Shown here in pieces: positions 32,633 to 44,255 of a stretch of 64,000 bases of DNA; position 1 is the first letter of the stretch; the number at the start of each line of letters is the position of its first letter. This DNA comes from a virus (taxonomy: Duplodnaviria; Caudoviricetes). The position numbers and the translations under genes are program-made. Below the pieces are notes generated by a model that saw only the letters and a program-made list of their open reading frames with translations, had not been told where the DNA came from and searched no databases. The stretch lies in the IMG/VR virus record IMGVR_UViG_3300020577_003313, one strand, 5' to 3'.

Positions 32633-33962
32633 TATGAATTGACTTCCTCAATTCTCTTTCTGAAAGAGTCCTTAACAGCAGAGATATTATTGATTAGTTC
32701 TTTTCCATTCTTGCAAGAACTGATAATATTCTTGATTATCGTGTTCTTCATGCTCTTCTTAGAAGACATGAATTTATTAAGTTCTAATCTAGCTGCTCTA
32801 GCTTTAGCAAAGCACTCTACCTGTTCTTTTCTAAGTCCACCAAAAGGACTGTTAGGCTCCGGTACTTGACGTATAGTAGCAGAAAAATACGTGCCAGATC
32901 TACTGGTACCAGGTCTAGAATCAAATTCTATTAAGAATGTTACCAGTACATTTTTGTACGCGTCTTCGTCTGTATTGTAAGTAGTACAGAATTTCTTCTT
33001 TAGAGAAGCCTTAGAGTTTTGTAGCTCCAAAGCCTGAGAATCGTTAAGTAAAGCCGAGAATTTCTTTGCTATCTTTATATTCTCTTGAGAGAACCCAAGA
33101 GCAGGCATAGCCTTAATAGCTTTATCTAGATCATCGAATTCACATTCTGTGTATTCTTTAAAGAACTTATTTAAAGCTTCTTCAGAATCTTTTTGTTCCT
33201 TTTCTGCTTTTTCACACTTAGAGGTTAACTCCTGCTCGATGTCATCAATAATTAGATCAATGACCTCTTGCTTGGTAAGCTTAAAATCTTCTGTATGAAG
33301 TAAGCTAAGGTTAGGAGACTCGGCAGAAGGAATAATAGACTTGTTAGACATTATACTGCATCCTCATGAACAGAACTTTTTGAAGCTTCCAACTGAAGTT
33401 TAAGACTGGCGACTTCTTCTTTAAGCTCGATGATCTTCTTATTAAGATCAGCGTTGATTGGGTTCTCTACTGGAACTTTAAGGACATCAGGATTTAGCTT
33501 AGCTAATCCTAGTTCTTTTACTTCTACAACAACTAATTTTCCAGTAGCAAAAGCGTCTCTGACGAATTCTTGCAAAGATCTAAGAGTATCACCGTGTATC
33601 TCGTGTATATCACTTATCTTCTTAGACATCGGATAAGCTGCTATGTTCTTATCAATTTCTTCGTTGTAGAAGCTTATGAATGCAGAAGCCATGTGTCTAT
33701 ACAGATGCTCTCTGATACCTTTTTCTACATTGTATTTAGACACTCCAGTTAGTTTCTTAGCAGCAACTATACTGTTAGTCTTGGTATTGACACAAACATA
33801 TCCATCAAGAAATGGATACTTAGTGTTGATAAAGCTAGATTCTCTAGTCTTATCAATTAGCTTAGCTGCTATTTCTTTATCCGCTAATGGATAATATGCT
33901 AGCGGTTTACCATCTTGAGTTTCGTCAGTCATATGTTTTATTTAATTTCTCTATACTACAGC

Positions 33963-33996
33963 AAAAAAATAAGGGAGAGGGCCGGAACCCTCTCCC
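33963..33996 (-). terminator. Rho-independent terminator
   Basis: GGGAGAGGG-TTCCGG-CCCTCTCCC then TTATTTTTTT. Confidence 0.8.
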
Positions 33997-34007
33997 ATCT
34001 ACATCAA

Positions 34008-34652
34008 TCAGATGATGTCACTGATATCCGCACCCTTGGTCTTCGTTGCCGAATCCAGGGACTCGCGGGTGACTCCGCCCATCTTGGCGTAGCTCCAGTA
34101 TTGGCTGGAACCTTGAGAGCCCGAAGTGACATTGAGGATAATGCACTTTCTCGGGTTCATGAACGCCAGCTCCCCATCAGCAGTGGGAACCTGGACACCT
34201 TCCAGGGTCTGAAGCTGAGGAACCTCGTCGATGATATCGACGACAGGGGCAATGTAACCCTTGAGCTCAGGGCAGGCTTCGATGATTCGATCAGCGAACG
34301 CCTTAGCGTCGCTGCCACCTTCCCCATACTGAGTGTACAGCATGAGACCGGAGTTAGCGCGCTGGTTCTTGTCGGTGCCAGGCACCTTGAGGGGCTTACC
34401 GTCGTCTCCGAGACGGATACGGTTCAGGGAGAAGAGAGTCGCGCCGAGTTCACGAAGAACTTTGCCGAACTTCTCGTTGTTGAACACGATGGGACTCTGA
34501 TTGGTCTTCCAGCGAGCAAGCTGGAAAACCTGAGCACCTCCGATGTTCGAGACGCTCTTGGTCTCTCGATTGTAGGTCTCGATGCCACGGGCAAAGAGAG
34601 TCTTGGAGTAGGTGATAACAGGATTGACGGGATTGGACATATTAGTCAGCAC
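34008..34652 (-). CDS. Hypothetical protein with GC-richer codon usage
   Basis: ORF followed by a strong terminator. Confidence 0.6.
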   Translation of the reverse strand: MLTNMSNPVNPVITYSKTLFARGIETYNRETKSVSNIGGAQVFQLARWKTNQSPIVFNNEKFGKVLRELGATLFSLNRIRLGDDGKPLKVPGTDKNQRANSGLMLYTQYGEGGSDAKAFADRIIEACPELKGYIAPVVDIIDEVPQLQTLEGVQVPTADGELAFMNPRKCIILNVTSGSQGSSQYWSYAKMGGVTRESLDSATKTKGADISDII

Positions 34653-36030
34653 TTCTTTCTATGAAACGTTGTTTAGCAGTTAACAGATCATTCCTAACGA
34701 AGGAATACACGATAGCACCGAAATCATCGTGAGATGATTTAGATGCAAAAACATAACCGAGATTTTTGATTTCTGTAATCTTCTCTATGAGTTTAGATTC
34801 CAGTAGTCTATTGAATGGCTTCTCTGCCTCACTTGGATCAGAAGATCTGATCTTGTAGGCAACGATATACCTAGCGCCAGTCTTGTAAGTCTGATCCCAG
34901 ACTTCGGTGACTTGAGGCCAGATGACTCTTTTTCTTCCGAACTTCTTTTTACTGATGTCTCTGTCAGAGACATAGACCCAGTAGACACCGTTATGGACTT
35001 TTCTAGAGAGAACGACCTTCTTGGTCGCTGCTCCATTGTCAATCCATTCCCACGAGGATTCTTCCCATTCGTGATATGGATTTTCTTTCAGAGATATGAT
35101 CAATCGACGCCCGACTGGGCTATCGTTATCTATCTTGATGTAGTTGACAGGATCAGGCTGAAACTTCTCATTGACAGAAGGTGTAAATCTTAAGTCATAC
35201 TCCCATTTGATGCTATCTTCTGGAGTAATACATTCTACAGTGAAGTTACTACAGCCTCTGCTTCTAAGCAAATATTTGAGATCTTGCTCAGTAGTGTAGT
35301 CTTTCTGATCTTTGCTTTTCTTTTTAGGTCTAGAGATATAGCTCTTTTCATTGCCTTTATCTGTGATCTTAATAGAAAAGGTCAGATCATACGGACGACT
35401 CGCTGGAAGGATGAGGAACCCGCCCCTGCTCTTATTACTAAGAGAAAGCGGATTCATGAAGTCAGGATCCTGCGAAGGATCCATGAACGCCCAGTCAGAT
35501 GCAAAGCTGTCTAGGTTCCTACCAACCATCTCAAGCGTGCGCTTGTCTGCAAATTGATCAAGCTCAACTATGCTTCTACCAGAGGTAGAAGGAGCAAGAT
35601 CAGTGATCTTTGCTTCGGTAAACTTAGGAGTAGAACTAATGACCAAGAATTGATCAGTTCTTTCCCTAGAGTTTTCTTGATCTTCAATTTCTTTTACTAG
35701 TGTAGTGTAGGTCTTGAATTCCTCAAGCTCTTCAGATGTAAAAAATAGAGAAGCTAGATCGTCTACTTCTAAAGACTCGATCCACTCAACCCAGATCTTC
35801 TGGGCCTGCTTGCTTTCCTGCATCATAAAGAGACTAAGATTAGTAGACATCTTATCAATGTCTAGGTCATCTTTTTGAACATAATCTCTTCTAGGAATAA
35901 AGATCTCCGGGGCGGAGATCATAGCAACCATGTCCTGATACTTTTGTCTTGCAATAGCATCAGAAGGTAGTTTTAGTTCTTTAGCTTCGACTCTTGCTCT
36001 AGCTGGACGATCAATGATGTCATCAGACAT
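34642..36030 (-). CDS. Hypothetical protein (462 aa)
   Basis: Long ORF, no motif recognised. Confidence 0.6.
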   Translation of the reverse strand: MSDDIIDRPARARVEAKELKLPSDAIARQKYQDMVAMISAPEIFIPRRDYVQKDDLDIDKMSTNLSLFMMQESKQAQKIWVEWIESLEVDDLASLFFTSEELEEFKTYTTLVKEIEDQENSRERTDQFLVISSTPKFTEAKITDLAPSTSGRSIVELDQFADKRTLEMVGRNLDSFASDWAFMDPSQDPDFMNPLSLSNKSRGGFLILPASRPYDLTFSIKITDKGNEKSYISRPKKKSKDQKDYTTEQDLKYLLRSRGCSNFTVECITPEDSIKWEYDLRFTPSVNEKFQPDPVNYIKIDNDSPVGRRLIISLKENPYHEWEESSWEWIDNGAATKKVVLSRKVHNGVYWVYVSDRDISKKKFGRKRVIWPQVTEVWDQTYKTGARYIVAYKIRSSDPSEAEKPFNRLLESKLIEKITEIKNLGYVFASKSSHDDFGAIVYSFVRNDLLTAKQRFIERSAD

Positions 36031-37240
36031 TGCAGTTGTTGAAGTTATTGCCGAAAGTACGGTTAAGTTCTTGTGTTAAAGCGTAAACCTGTACTGCGTC
36101 ATAGACAATGAATGATGTGTCTATGATAATTGGAAGAATTACTAAGATAGCAGAACAAATGAGACCGTAGGATGCAAAAATATATCCAAGTCCCAAGAGA
36201 GTGGTTAATTTAAACCAATAAGACCAAGTCTCTAGAAACTGTCTAATTAGAACAAACCAGTTTACTTTTAAGTAGCGAAATATTTCTCTCATTTGTTGTT
36301 ACTGTATCTTGTAGCTTAAAATTAGCTCGCAACCTCTGAGGAATTACCTTAAAAGCATTGACATACTCTTCCAGTAGCTTAACTGTGAAGACGTCTAGTT
36401 CTTTATCTTTGCTAAGCGTTACAATATTTCTAATAGCTGCTTCAGCAGTAAACAATACTGCATTCTCAATAATTAGAAATCCTTCATCGACATCTTTAGT
36501 GTCGATATTTATCTCTTCTTTCCTTAAGTCTTCTTCAATGTAGACTACTGTAACAAACAGATTAGCCAGTGATTTAAGCTGGTCAATTGTTTTAATTGTT
36601 TGCCTATAGATTGGAGCGACTAACAAATCTGAGACCTCTCCCAGCCTGAATATTCGTCTGGTGTTGCAAGATTCAAATCTGAAAGGAACTCTCTGAACTC
36701 TTCGGCATTTTCTCTTTTCCACTTCTCAAAGAAAGATTGAGGAGTGTACTTATTGCCTAGCAGACAGACTGTAAAGTCGTAAGCAATTCCTTCTTCGTCG
36801 CAAATCTTTATGAGACCTTTGATGTCGTCAATGATCTGATTTTGTTTTTCTTCAAGTATTTGTGATACTCTATGATATGCCTCAACATACTTAGCAGAAG
36901 TATCATCTACATTGTCTAATATAAGCTTTTCCGGATCTTCTGGCTTTTGATCTTCGGGTTCGTTGCTGTTCATCTTTTATCCTTTAGCATCCGCTGGAAT
37001 ACCAACTTTCACTCTCTTCGTCGATTATATCTTGTCTATATTCTTTCGCAACAGTTTTTAGATTTTCTGTAGTTTCTCTTATCTTACTAATGATTTTACT
37101 TTTGTCAACCACACTAATAGTTGTGCATTCGAAGATAAAATCTTCAAGAGCATTCATATGCTCTCTAATCTTAACATTGACGTCCATTTTTTAAATCTTG
37201 GCTGGAAACTTGAAAATTTTTCTTCTTTTAGAAGAGGAAA

Positions 37241-38443
37241 TTAAGGGTTATTTGCAATTTTTTGATAACGCCTGACCTTCCCTCGCGAGATAGCGTCTTC
37301 AAATTTTCTTACATAGTTATGGTTTTTTGCTTTTTTAAGCAAAACAGGAATGTGCTCATATGCAAATTCTCTAAACCAGCCTCCAGTAATGCTACTGGAA
37401 ACTTTGCTTAGAGCAACTTTAAAAGCTTGATGATGATCTAGGACACCTCTAAAAGGTACTATGCTTCGCTCTATAGCTAGAACAAAGCATTCTTCTAGGA
37501 CGCCGTTTAGTCTTGTCTCTAAGGGAAGAGACAAGAACTTTTCTTTATCGCACATGACCTCTTGGCCTTCCTTCATATACAGAGTATATGCTGGAACATT
37601 GCCAATCTTTACAGCTTCGTGAATATCGTCATGCTCGTAAGTGTAGTTTACATTACTAGTAAAGAATTTATTTTTAGCTACATTGAGCGCCGGAGTAGTA
37701 TGGGTGTAGCTTTCTCTTTCTCTAAGCCTTAAGAACTTTTCAGCATATTTCGGCACTTCTGCGCCGAAATGTTTCATTGTGTGATAGTCTTTAGCAGTCT
37801 TCCAGAAGTGAGGCGAATCTTTCTTGAATCTATGAGATTTCTTTATAGTATACAATAGATCCAAAGAAGGAACATACGTGTCCTTAAATGGTCCAATGTT
37901 ACTACCAGAATCAACATAGATAGGATAAGGGAAACCATTCTCCCTAAAGAAATCCTTCTTGTGTTCTTTTAGAATATTGAATAGCTCGTCATTAGACGAA
38001 CCATCACCTGGCTCGAAAGTTTCAACCTCGTAGATTAAGGAAAAATTGAATACGCAAGATCTAAATTTAAGAATCCACTTATTAGCAGAATCTTCTAAAA
38101 TTTCTGGAGCTGAATTAGTATATTTTCCTAATTTATCTAAATAGTCTTTAGACAAAAGGGCTAAATCAGCATTATTTTTCTTAATAAAGCAGTCAATGAT
38201 ATATTGTTTTGTTTTTTCTAGCTTTTCCTTGGTCATGATCAAGTCTGTATCACTTTCAGGACCATAAGCTCTTTGCATTAATTTATTAAGCAAGTCTGAC
38301 ATTCTCTTTATAAGAGAATCTGGTTGGCCATAATTTTCAGCAATAGCCTTCATTAAAGCCATTCTAGAATAGAATGCCTTACTGCCAATAAGGATAATGC
38401 TATTGTATAGCGGACTATCTACGCTTGGATATGATTCTTTCAA
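37241..38443 (-). CDS. Conserved phage protein, possible nucleotidyltransferase-like N-terminus
   Basis: IGSKA...SDTDL; C-terminal YEHDDIH...EECFVLAIER...ITGGWFREFA. Confidence 0.45.
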   Translation of the reverse strand: MKESYPSVDSPLYNSIILIGSKAFYSRMALMKAIAENYGQPDSLIKRMSDLLNKLMQRAYGPESDTDLIMTKEKLEKTKQYIIDCFIKKNNADLALLSKDYLDKLGKYTNSAPEILEDSANKWILKFRSCVFNFSLIYEVETFEPGDGSSNDELFNILKEHKKDFFRENGFPYPIYVDSGSNIGPFKDTYVPSLDLLYTIKKSHRFKKDSPHFWKTAKDYHTMKHFGAEVPKYAEKFLRLRERESYTHTTPALNVAKNKFFTSNVNYTYEHDDIHEAVKIGNVPAYTLYMKEGQEVMCDKEKFLSLPLETRLNGVLEECFVLAIERSIVPFRGVLDHHQAFKVALSKVSSSITGGWFREFAYEHIPVLLKKAKNHNYVRKFEDAISRGKVRRYQKIANNP

Positions 38444-38951
38444 TCTGCTTAAGTATCCTTTGTACTGTTAATTTTTCATTATCAGAACAATCATCTAAGA
38501 GTTCTATATTTGGAGGAATATAGTCCTTAGAATCGTTTACTCGATTAAGGATAAAGTATACTAGCGCCAAACCTTCGTTGCCTGAGATTCTTACTTTTTG
38601 AACTATGTCAGGAAACTTTTTGAGCAGAACAATAGCAGGCTTAGATTCCTGAAAACTATTGTTATCTGGTTTTGCATTCTTCGATACTGTGATTATCATG
38701 TCCTTGCAGCAATCTCTTTTCTTCTTCTCTTAGGAACTCTAGAACTGTATTCCACTTTCTAATTAGCCCCCCTTGTAGGGGGGCCTTATTTCCGTCCTGA
38801 TCTATGTAATTTACTTCATAGTCAGTAATTTGCCTGTAGTACTGACTAAATAGCTCATAAACAAAAGTGTCTATGAATCTTATTCCAGTATTACTGAATG
38901 TTCTTTTTACAGTTTTACCAGATAAGTTGTATTGTAGTTCCCAGTAACCCA

Positions 38952-40409
38952 TTAGTCTCTAATTCTATCTCTAATTTCCTGTAGAGAAAGAGGATAAAGC
39001 ATGTTACCATTGATAAACACTGGCTGGAGCATGTTCTTACCACTATAGAAAGCTTCAGGAGTTGCTTCATCCATATAGGCAATCTTACCATTAGTGTCTC
39101 TGTAGACAACTGGCAAGCCCTTGATGCTATTCTTAGTTCCATCATCAGTCTTTGGCTTCTTGAAGATGTTATAGCCTTGACCGTTGTTGATACAGTGAGT
39201 AGCTTTAATTGCAGAACCGAGCGTGTCTCTAGTATTGTACTGGTAGCTATAGCTACCAATTCCTAGAACAATGTTGGTACTGGCAAATCCCTTCTTCTTC
39301 AAACCTTCGAGGATGTTAATCTGGCGTTCCAGTGTAATGCTATCTCCGTAGATAGCACCGATGTGCTGATCGAGCACCTTATAACCCTTGGAGTTCACGT
39401 ATCCTCCAAAGATATTGAAAAGAGTCTCAATCAACCCAGCCCGAACCGCAGGTTCGGTAGAAGTTGGATCACCAATCAAAATCTTGACAGGATCGCCGCT
39501 GTCTGGACGGATCACAACCTTACCTTCTCTAGACATAATTTCAGTCTTGAGAGCAGGAAGATACTCAGTGACGAGCTTCCAGAAGTCAAAGCTGTCAGAA
39601 ACAACAGAGACAATACCAGTTGGGTGTGTCTTAGTGATAAGTCTCTGAATGCTATTGAGTTCTCCTTCAACGCTTGCACTAGCACACATGACTGCGTGCT
39701 CTGTTGCAGGAACAGATCCAGCTACCAGTTCTGTAGGGCTAGCACCATAGTACTTCCTCAGATAGGCGATAGCCGGTAGCGTATCGGAACCGACAAAGCT
39801 AGTAAGGTGAGCCATAGCAGAAGTGATGGCCGCCTCAATGCTAAACATACCTCTAAACGAGAAGTCGTGGCCCTGCCACGCACAGAACGACTGGTCATCC
39901 GAAGTCTCTTTAGCGTAGTAATCAAAATTTCTACGGTAAATAGTAGCAATTGTGGCAGAATTCATCATTCCCCACAATGTTGCAGACATCTGGGTTTCCA
40001 AAAAGTTAGGAAGCCAGAAGAAATCTGGATGAGTATTAGCAATCGTGTAGAGAGGAACTCTGATAGGAACTCTTGTTCCTTCCTTCAAAGCTCTGATCTC
40101 AATTGGCATGTAGCCAAGCTTATGAAGTTTCTCTAAGTGAGAAACATCATTCTTAACAGAGAGATAGGAATCAATGTAGTCCTTGTATTCCTTGACAGCA
40201 TCCTTGTTATCAAAGAAGTTTGTCTGCCACTGATTCAGCAAGTACTCAGAAATGTAATACTGAAGACCGAAGAATATGGCTTCATTGAATGGCAGTCTCG
40301 TACTACGGCAAACCCAGTTGCTAGTAATAAAGTTTGTGCCAGAAGGATACTGATGGACGTGGCCAATCTTGTATCCATCAATAAGAAGCGAAGGGTTAAG
40401 GTTGAGCAT
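38952..40409 (-). CDS. Nicotinamide phosphoribosyltransferase family protein (NAMPT/Namat-like)
   Basis: DGYKIGH, HDFSFRG, VPATEH, SVVSDS, IRPDSGDP, IYGDSIT, TRDT. Confidence 0.92.
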   Translation of the reverse strand: MLNLNPSLLIDGYKIGHVHQYPSGTNFITSNWVCRSTRLPFNEAIFFGLQYYISEYLLNQWQTNFFDNKDAVKEYKDYIDSYLSVKNDVSHLEKLHKLGYMPIEIRALKEGTRVPIRVPLYTIANTHPDFFWLPNFLETQMSATLWGMMNSATIATIYRRNFDYYAKETSDDQSFCAWQGHDFSFRGMFSIEAAITSAMAHLTSFVGSDTLPAIAYLRKYYGASPTELVAGSVPATEHAVMCASASVEGELNSIQRLITKTHPTGIVSVVSDSFDFWKLVTEYLPALKTEIMSREGKVVIRPDSGDPVKILIGDPTSTEPAVRAGLIETLFNIFGGYVNSKGYKVLDQHIGAIYGDSITLERQINILEGLKKKGFASTNIVLGIGSYSYQYNTRDTLGSAIKATHCINNGQGYNIFKKPKTDDGTKNSIKGLPVVYRDTNGKIAYMDEATPEAFYSGKNMLQPVFINGNMLYPLSLQEIRDRIRD

Positions 40410-40410
40410 T

Positions 40411-41217
40411 TTACGACTTTACTTTAACTGTGTAACTGTCTGTGGTATAAATATTACCAAAATATCTGTATAATTCTTCCATTCCTTTGGAATAGATACC
40501 ATGCGTGGTATACAGATTCAGCGTAGCGTTCTTATATTTTTCTTTGATGACTTTTGCTGCGCCAATGAAGGTTCCTCCTCCATCGCAGATATCATCCAAG
40601 ATTAACATAGTATGAAATTCTTGTTCTGTACTACCCATAGCACCATCATCAAGAATCTTGAATTGACTAAGATTCCCGGTCGCCGGGTCTCTAACTTTGC
40701 ACATTACAATGGTTCTCATAGAACCAATGAATGGTTTGTATCTCTTGGCAGCTCCCTCATCTGGGAGAATAATACAGTCTGCGTTAGTCTCTTTGATAAC
40801 CTTATTGATGATAAGGGTCAGAAGATCTCTTCGTACAGAAAATACAGATTTGTCGAAGCAAGCAGCAAGAACATTAGAATGAGGATCAATTGTAGCAATC
40901 TCTTTAACACGACCATCAAAAAGCTTGGCGATCGTTCTAACAGATAATCCGGCTCCGTCTTCTGTGGCTCTGTCTTGTCTTGCATAAGGAAAATATGGAA
41001 TGAACAGAGTCTCTACGTCTAAGCCCTTATCTTTTAGGATATCCAAGGCTAAAATTGCCCGCATAATTTTAGTTGGATTTTCAATATCAATCCTAATAGT
41101 ATAAGGAATTTCGGCTACTTCACGGAGCCGCGCTCCTATCTCTCCGCCAGGAAATTCCCAGAATTCAAACATCTCTTCAAGACGACAGGTATTTCCTAGA
41201 CCGATGACAGATTTCAT
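40411..41217 (-). CDS. Ribose-phosphate pyrophosphokinase family protein (Prs/Adps-like)
   Basis: FPGGE, PYFPYARQDR, DPHS, PDEGA, DDICDGGGTF, THG. Confidence 0.9.
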   Translation of the reverse strand: MKSVIGLGNTCRLEEMFEFWEFPGGEIGARLREVAEIPYTIRIDIENPTKIMRAILALDILKDKGLDVETLFIPYFPYARQDRATEDGAGLSVRTIAKLFDGRVKEIATIDPHSNVLAACFDKSVFSVRRDLLTLIINKVIKETNADCIILPDEGAAKRYKPFIGSMRTIVMCKVRDPATGNLSQFKILDDGAMGSTEQEFHTMLILDDICDGGGTFIGAAKVIKEKYKNATLNLYTTHGIYSKGMEELYRYFGNIYTTDSYTVKVKS

Positions 41218-41622
41218 AGTTAATTAGAGAGAGGATTGTTGATTAGATTAGTTAGAGCTTCAACCACAAGACTAGCTTGCTCTTTTGTCATAATCAGCCT
41301 AAGACTTGACTGACTAGAATCATTGATCTCAATCAAGTCAAGCCCGTCACGATCGGGCATAACTGTAATATGAGTTCCGTTTTTGTTATCAAAAATTCGG
41401 TAGTGAGTCTCAAGCTCAAAATTAGGAACGTTTGTCATTTAATTTCTTATTAGGTGGTGATATAACTTTATAGCACATTCCGCACTCAGGACAGTAGGCT
41501 ATATTTGGGGTATCCTCTATCATCTTAGTATTTCTAAGACCACAGTAAGTACACATATACCCCACTTCATCTATTTCCGGTATTTCATCTTCTTCTTCGT
41601 TCATAGAAAGTCAAGATTTAGA

Positions 41623-41699
41623 TGGTGGCTCGGATGGGACTTGAACCCATACTTGACTGATTTTAAGTCAGTTGCCTCTGCCAATTGGGCTACTGAGCC
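41623..41699 (-). tRNA. tRNA-Leu(UAA), short variable loop
   Basis: Cloverleaf, loop CT-TAA-AA, TTCAAGT T-loop, encoded CCA. Confidence 0.85.
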
Positions 41700-41700
41700 A

Positions 41701-41806
41701 TGGTAGGCCGGGTGGGACTCGAACCCACGATCATCCGCAAATCAGGCGGCTCCATTTCTGGGCCGGATTATAAATCCGGTGCATTAACCAACTATGCTAC
41801 CGGCCT
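41701..41806 (-). tRNA. tRNA-Ile(UAU), 106 nt with 34-nt variable region
   Basis: Perfect acceptor AGGCCGG/CCGGCCT, stem CCGGA-TT TAT AA-TCCGG, TTCGAGT, ACCA. Confidence 0.8.
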
Positions 41807-43282
41807 TTATTTCCGGTCAATGCACCCGAGCAGTTGAAGCTCTATCAGTCTCTAGAACGCTTAACTATATCTCTACCAGCAAGAAGAACTGAAACATTCA
41901 ATCCTATTACAACTAATGTAACCATACAAAATGATATGAATTCGTTAGAAAATTCAATTTCTGGAATTCCTAATCTATGTAAGGTATGTACATATATTCC
42001 ATTGGTAAAAGCAGTTAATGTCCCTACTAAGGCTAGATAGAATAGCCAAGGATGATTAGTAGCTTTCATCACTCTTTTAGAACTTCTTTAAGAAAGTCTA
42101 CGAAAATGTTTAAGTGATCTTCTGCGAACTTTCTGTCAATTTCTTTCGCTTCTTCAGAAAGTTCTGAGTAAGGCTTGAAATATCCTTGCCATCTAGTCAC
42201 TATACTTGGGTTAAGTTCTGGATGTGCTTTTAGCACAGTCTCTGCCCAAAACCACCAGTGCTCATGAACTTTCTTTGCTAGTCTTTCTTTTAGAACTTCT
42301 TGGATAGGGTTCTTCCACTTCTTCATTGTAGTAATTTAATAGTTAACCGATCGCTCGCATAGATAAATCCATTAAGAGGATCAACTCTTAATGCTTGAGC
42401 TTCTACGAAACAATCTAAAAGCGCCGGATCCGGATACACTTGCATTACTACTGAAAAGATATCATGAAGGTAAGGACCAACCTGAACCTGCTGCACTACC
42501 ATAGGTAGTGCTAGAACATAATCCTGTGCAGAATTGACAAAAAACTCGTCGAATCCAGGAAATCCACCTGGTATTAGAGTAGAATAAGCAATAGGATAGC
42601 AACCCCAGGACCATGGTTGGTTAAACCCTATAGCAAATACAGGCATGTAAATGCCTGAAGTATTGCAGTTCAGGTAAGGACAGATAAACCCCATACTGTA
42701 AAAGTATAGTAGACCGCCCAGGGACACCCCAAGATGTTGGGTAGGGCACCCTACAGGAGCTGGAGTATCTGTATAACACTGAATAGTCTGGGCACCAGCA
42801 ATATTACTAGTTATGTATTGATGATTAGTTATCATCCCTACAGAAGTTAAATTATTCTGTGCTGAGCATGTTATTGCCAAAACTAACGATAGAATCAATT
42901 TATTGATCATTGTATTATTCCAATTTATTCCCAGCACAAAAGAAAGCTCACTCAGGCTCAAGCCTGAGGAGCAGCAGCTACAGCACTAGAGAGTGAATCC
43001 GTGATTGACTGAAGACTCTGTGTAACAGAGTTGATTTCAGCTGGGCTTGGAGCACTAGCTAGCTTAGCTGTTAGACTCTGAAGGGTAGCTACAGCTTGGC
43101 CTACTGTGGCCTGTAAGGCTGTAACTTGGCTTACTAACGCTTGAAGTTCTGTGGTCATGGTTTGATCTCTTTTTTGAATTTCCCTAAGTGCTTTGAAAAT
43201 ATTGTCTAATCTTCTCCCAAGAGGAGCGATTAGCCAACAATACTTAGGGTTATTAAATTTGCTCATGTTTTACTTACTGAAA

Positions 43283-43356
43283 TGGTGCCGGATAAAAGAA
43301 TCGAACTTTTGATTGAGGTTTACAAAACCACTGGTATGCCACTTACCTAATCCGGC
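43283..43356 (-). tRNA. tRNA-Thr(UGU)
   Basis: Cloverleaf, TT-TGT-AA, TTCGATT, ACCA. Confidence 0.85.
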
Positions 43357-44026
43357 GCAGTTAAGCTAGTCTATTAGAAATTTACCCGAAATCCCAAAAT
43401 AATCAAGAATAGCTCTTCTAACTTCTGGAGACTGTTTTTGTGCCCATTCAATTAATTTGATTTTCTCTTTATTGCGTCCGATATCACTAGCAATAACCCA
43501 GACACATAAGGCTGCCATAGCCACCATGAATATACAACATAAAAGCTCAATCCCCATAAGGTTTTCTACCTACTTCGTATTGAAGCGCAAGAATAGGCCA
43601 TGTAAAAAAGATTACAATTGATATAGCAATTAGCTCATAAACAGGAACTTTCTTATACTTTGTTTCATCAATAATTATGAAAATCGAACTAATTAGCCAA
43701 CCAAGAATCCAGACGGCCAGTCCAATGTAAAAAAGCATTATGTTTTCCAGGTAGTGTCTGCTAGTTGTTTTCTGTCGATCCAGGGATTTCTTCCATCACC
43801 TGATCCCCAGCATTGATTGCAGATATCCATAGTAGGTTTACTAACACCCATGCCACCTCTCCAGGTGGCACCATTTGGATAGCAACAAACACCAGATCCA
43901 AAACACTTCAAACAAGGATGCTTGATATTTCTAAGAGCCAAAAGATCATTGTATGAGTAGTTCTTATCATCTGGATTTGAAGGTATTCTAGTAAAGAATC
44001 TCATACGGATTAAGAATTAGAAAAAA

Positions 44027-44247
44027 ATAGATCGAAGCTAAATCAGTGCTAAAACTAATTTTTGAGGAATGAGTTTTAGTTGCGCACAGGAACCGGTGAG
44101 CTAATTTCGGTGTTTATGAGATTCTGAATCATTTTACATCCTCGCCGAACGGCGATTATGCTGGTTTATTCAGATATCGTATATCATTTATTTTTATCTA
44201 GCTTTTTCAAGCTAAATAGAAATAAGCACCGACTAGCTTCGATCTAT
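44027..44247 (-). ncRNA. Putative 221-nt structured RNA
   Basis: Perfect 14-bp closing helix ATAGATCGAAGCTA/TAGCTTCGATCTAT followed by a T run, several internal hairpins, no ORF. Confidence 0.6.
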
Positions 44248-44255
44248 AGATGTTG

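Noticed and set aside
33915-34664. 249-aa plus-strand ORF
   Set aside because: Antisense shadow of 34008-34652, which fits the operon and terminator. The same reasoning applies to 52417-53112, 61403-61942 and most other plus-strand track ORFs.
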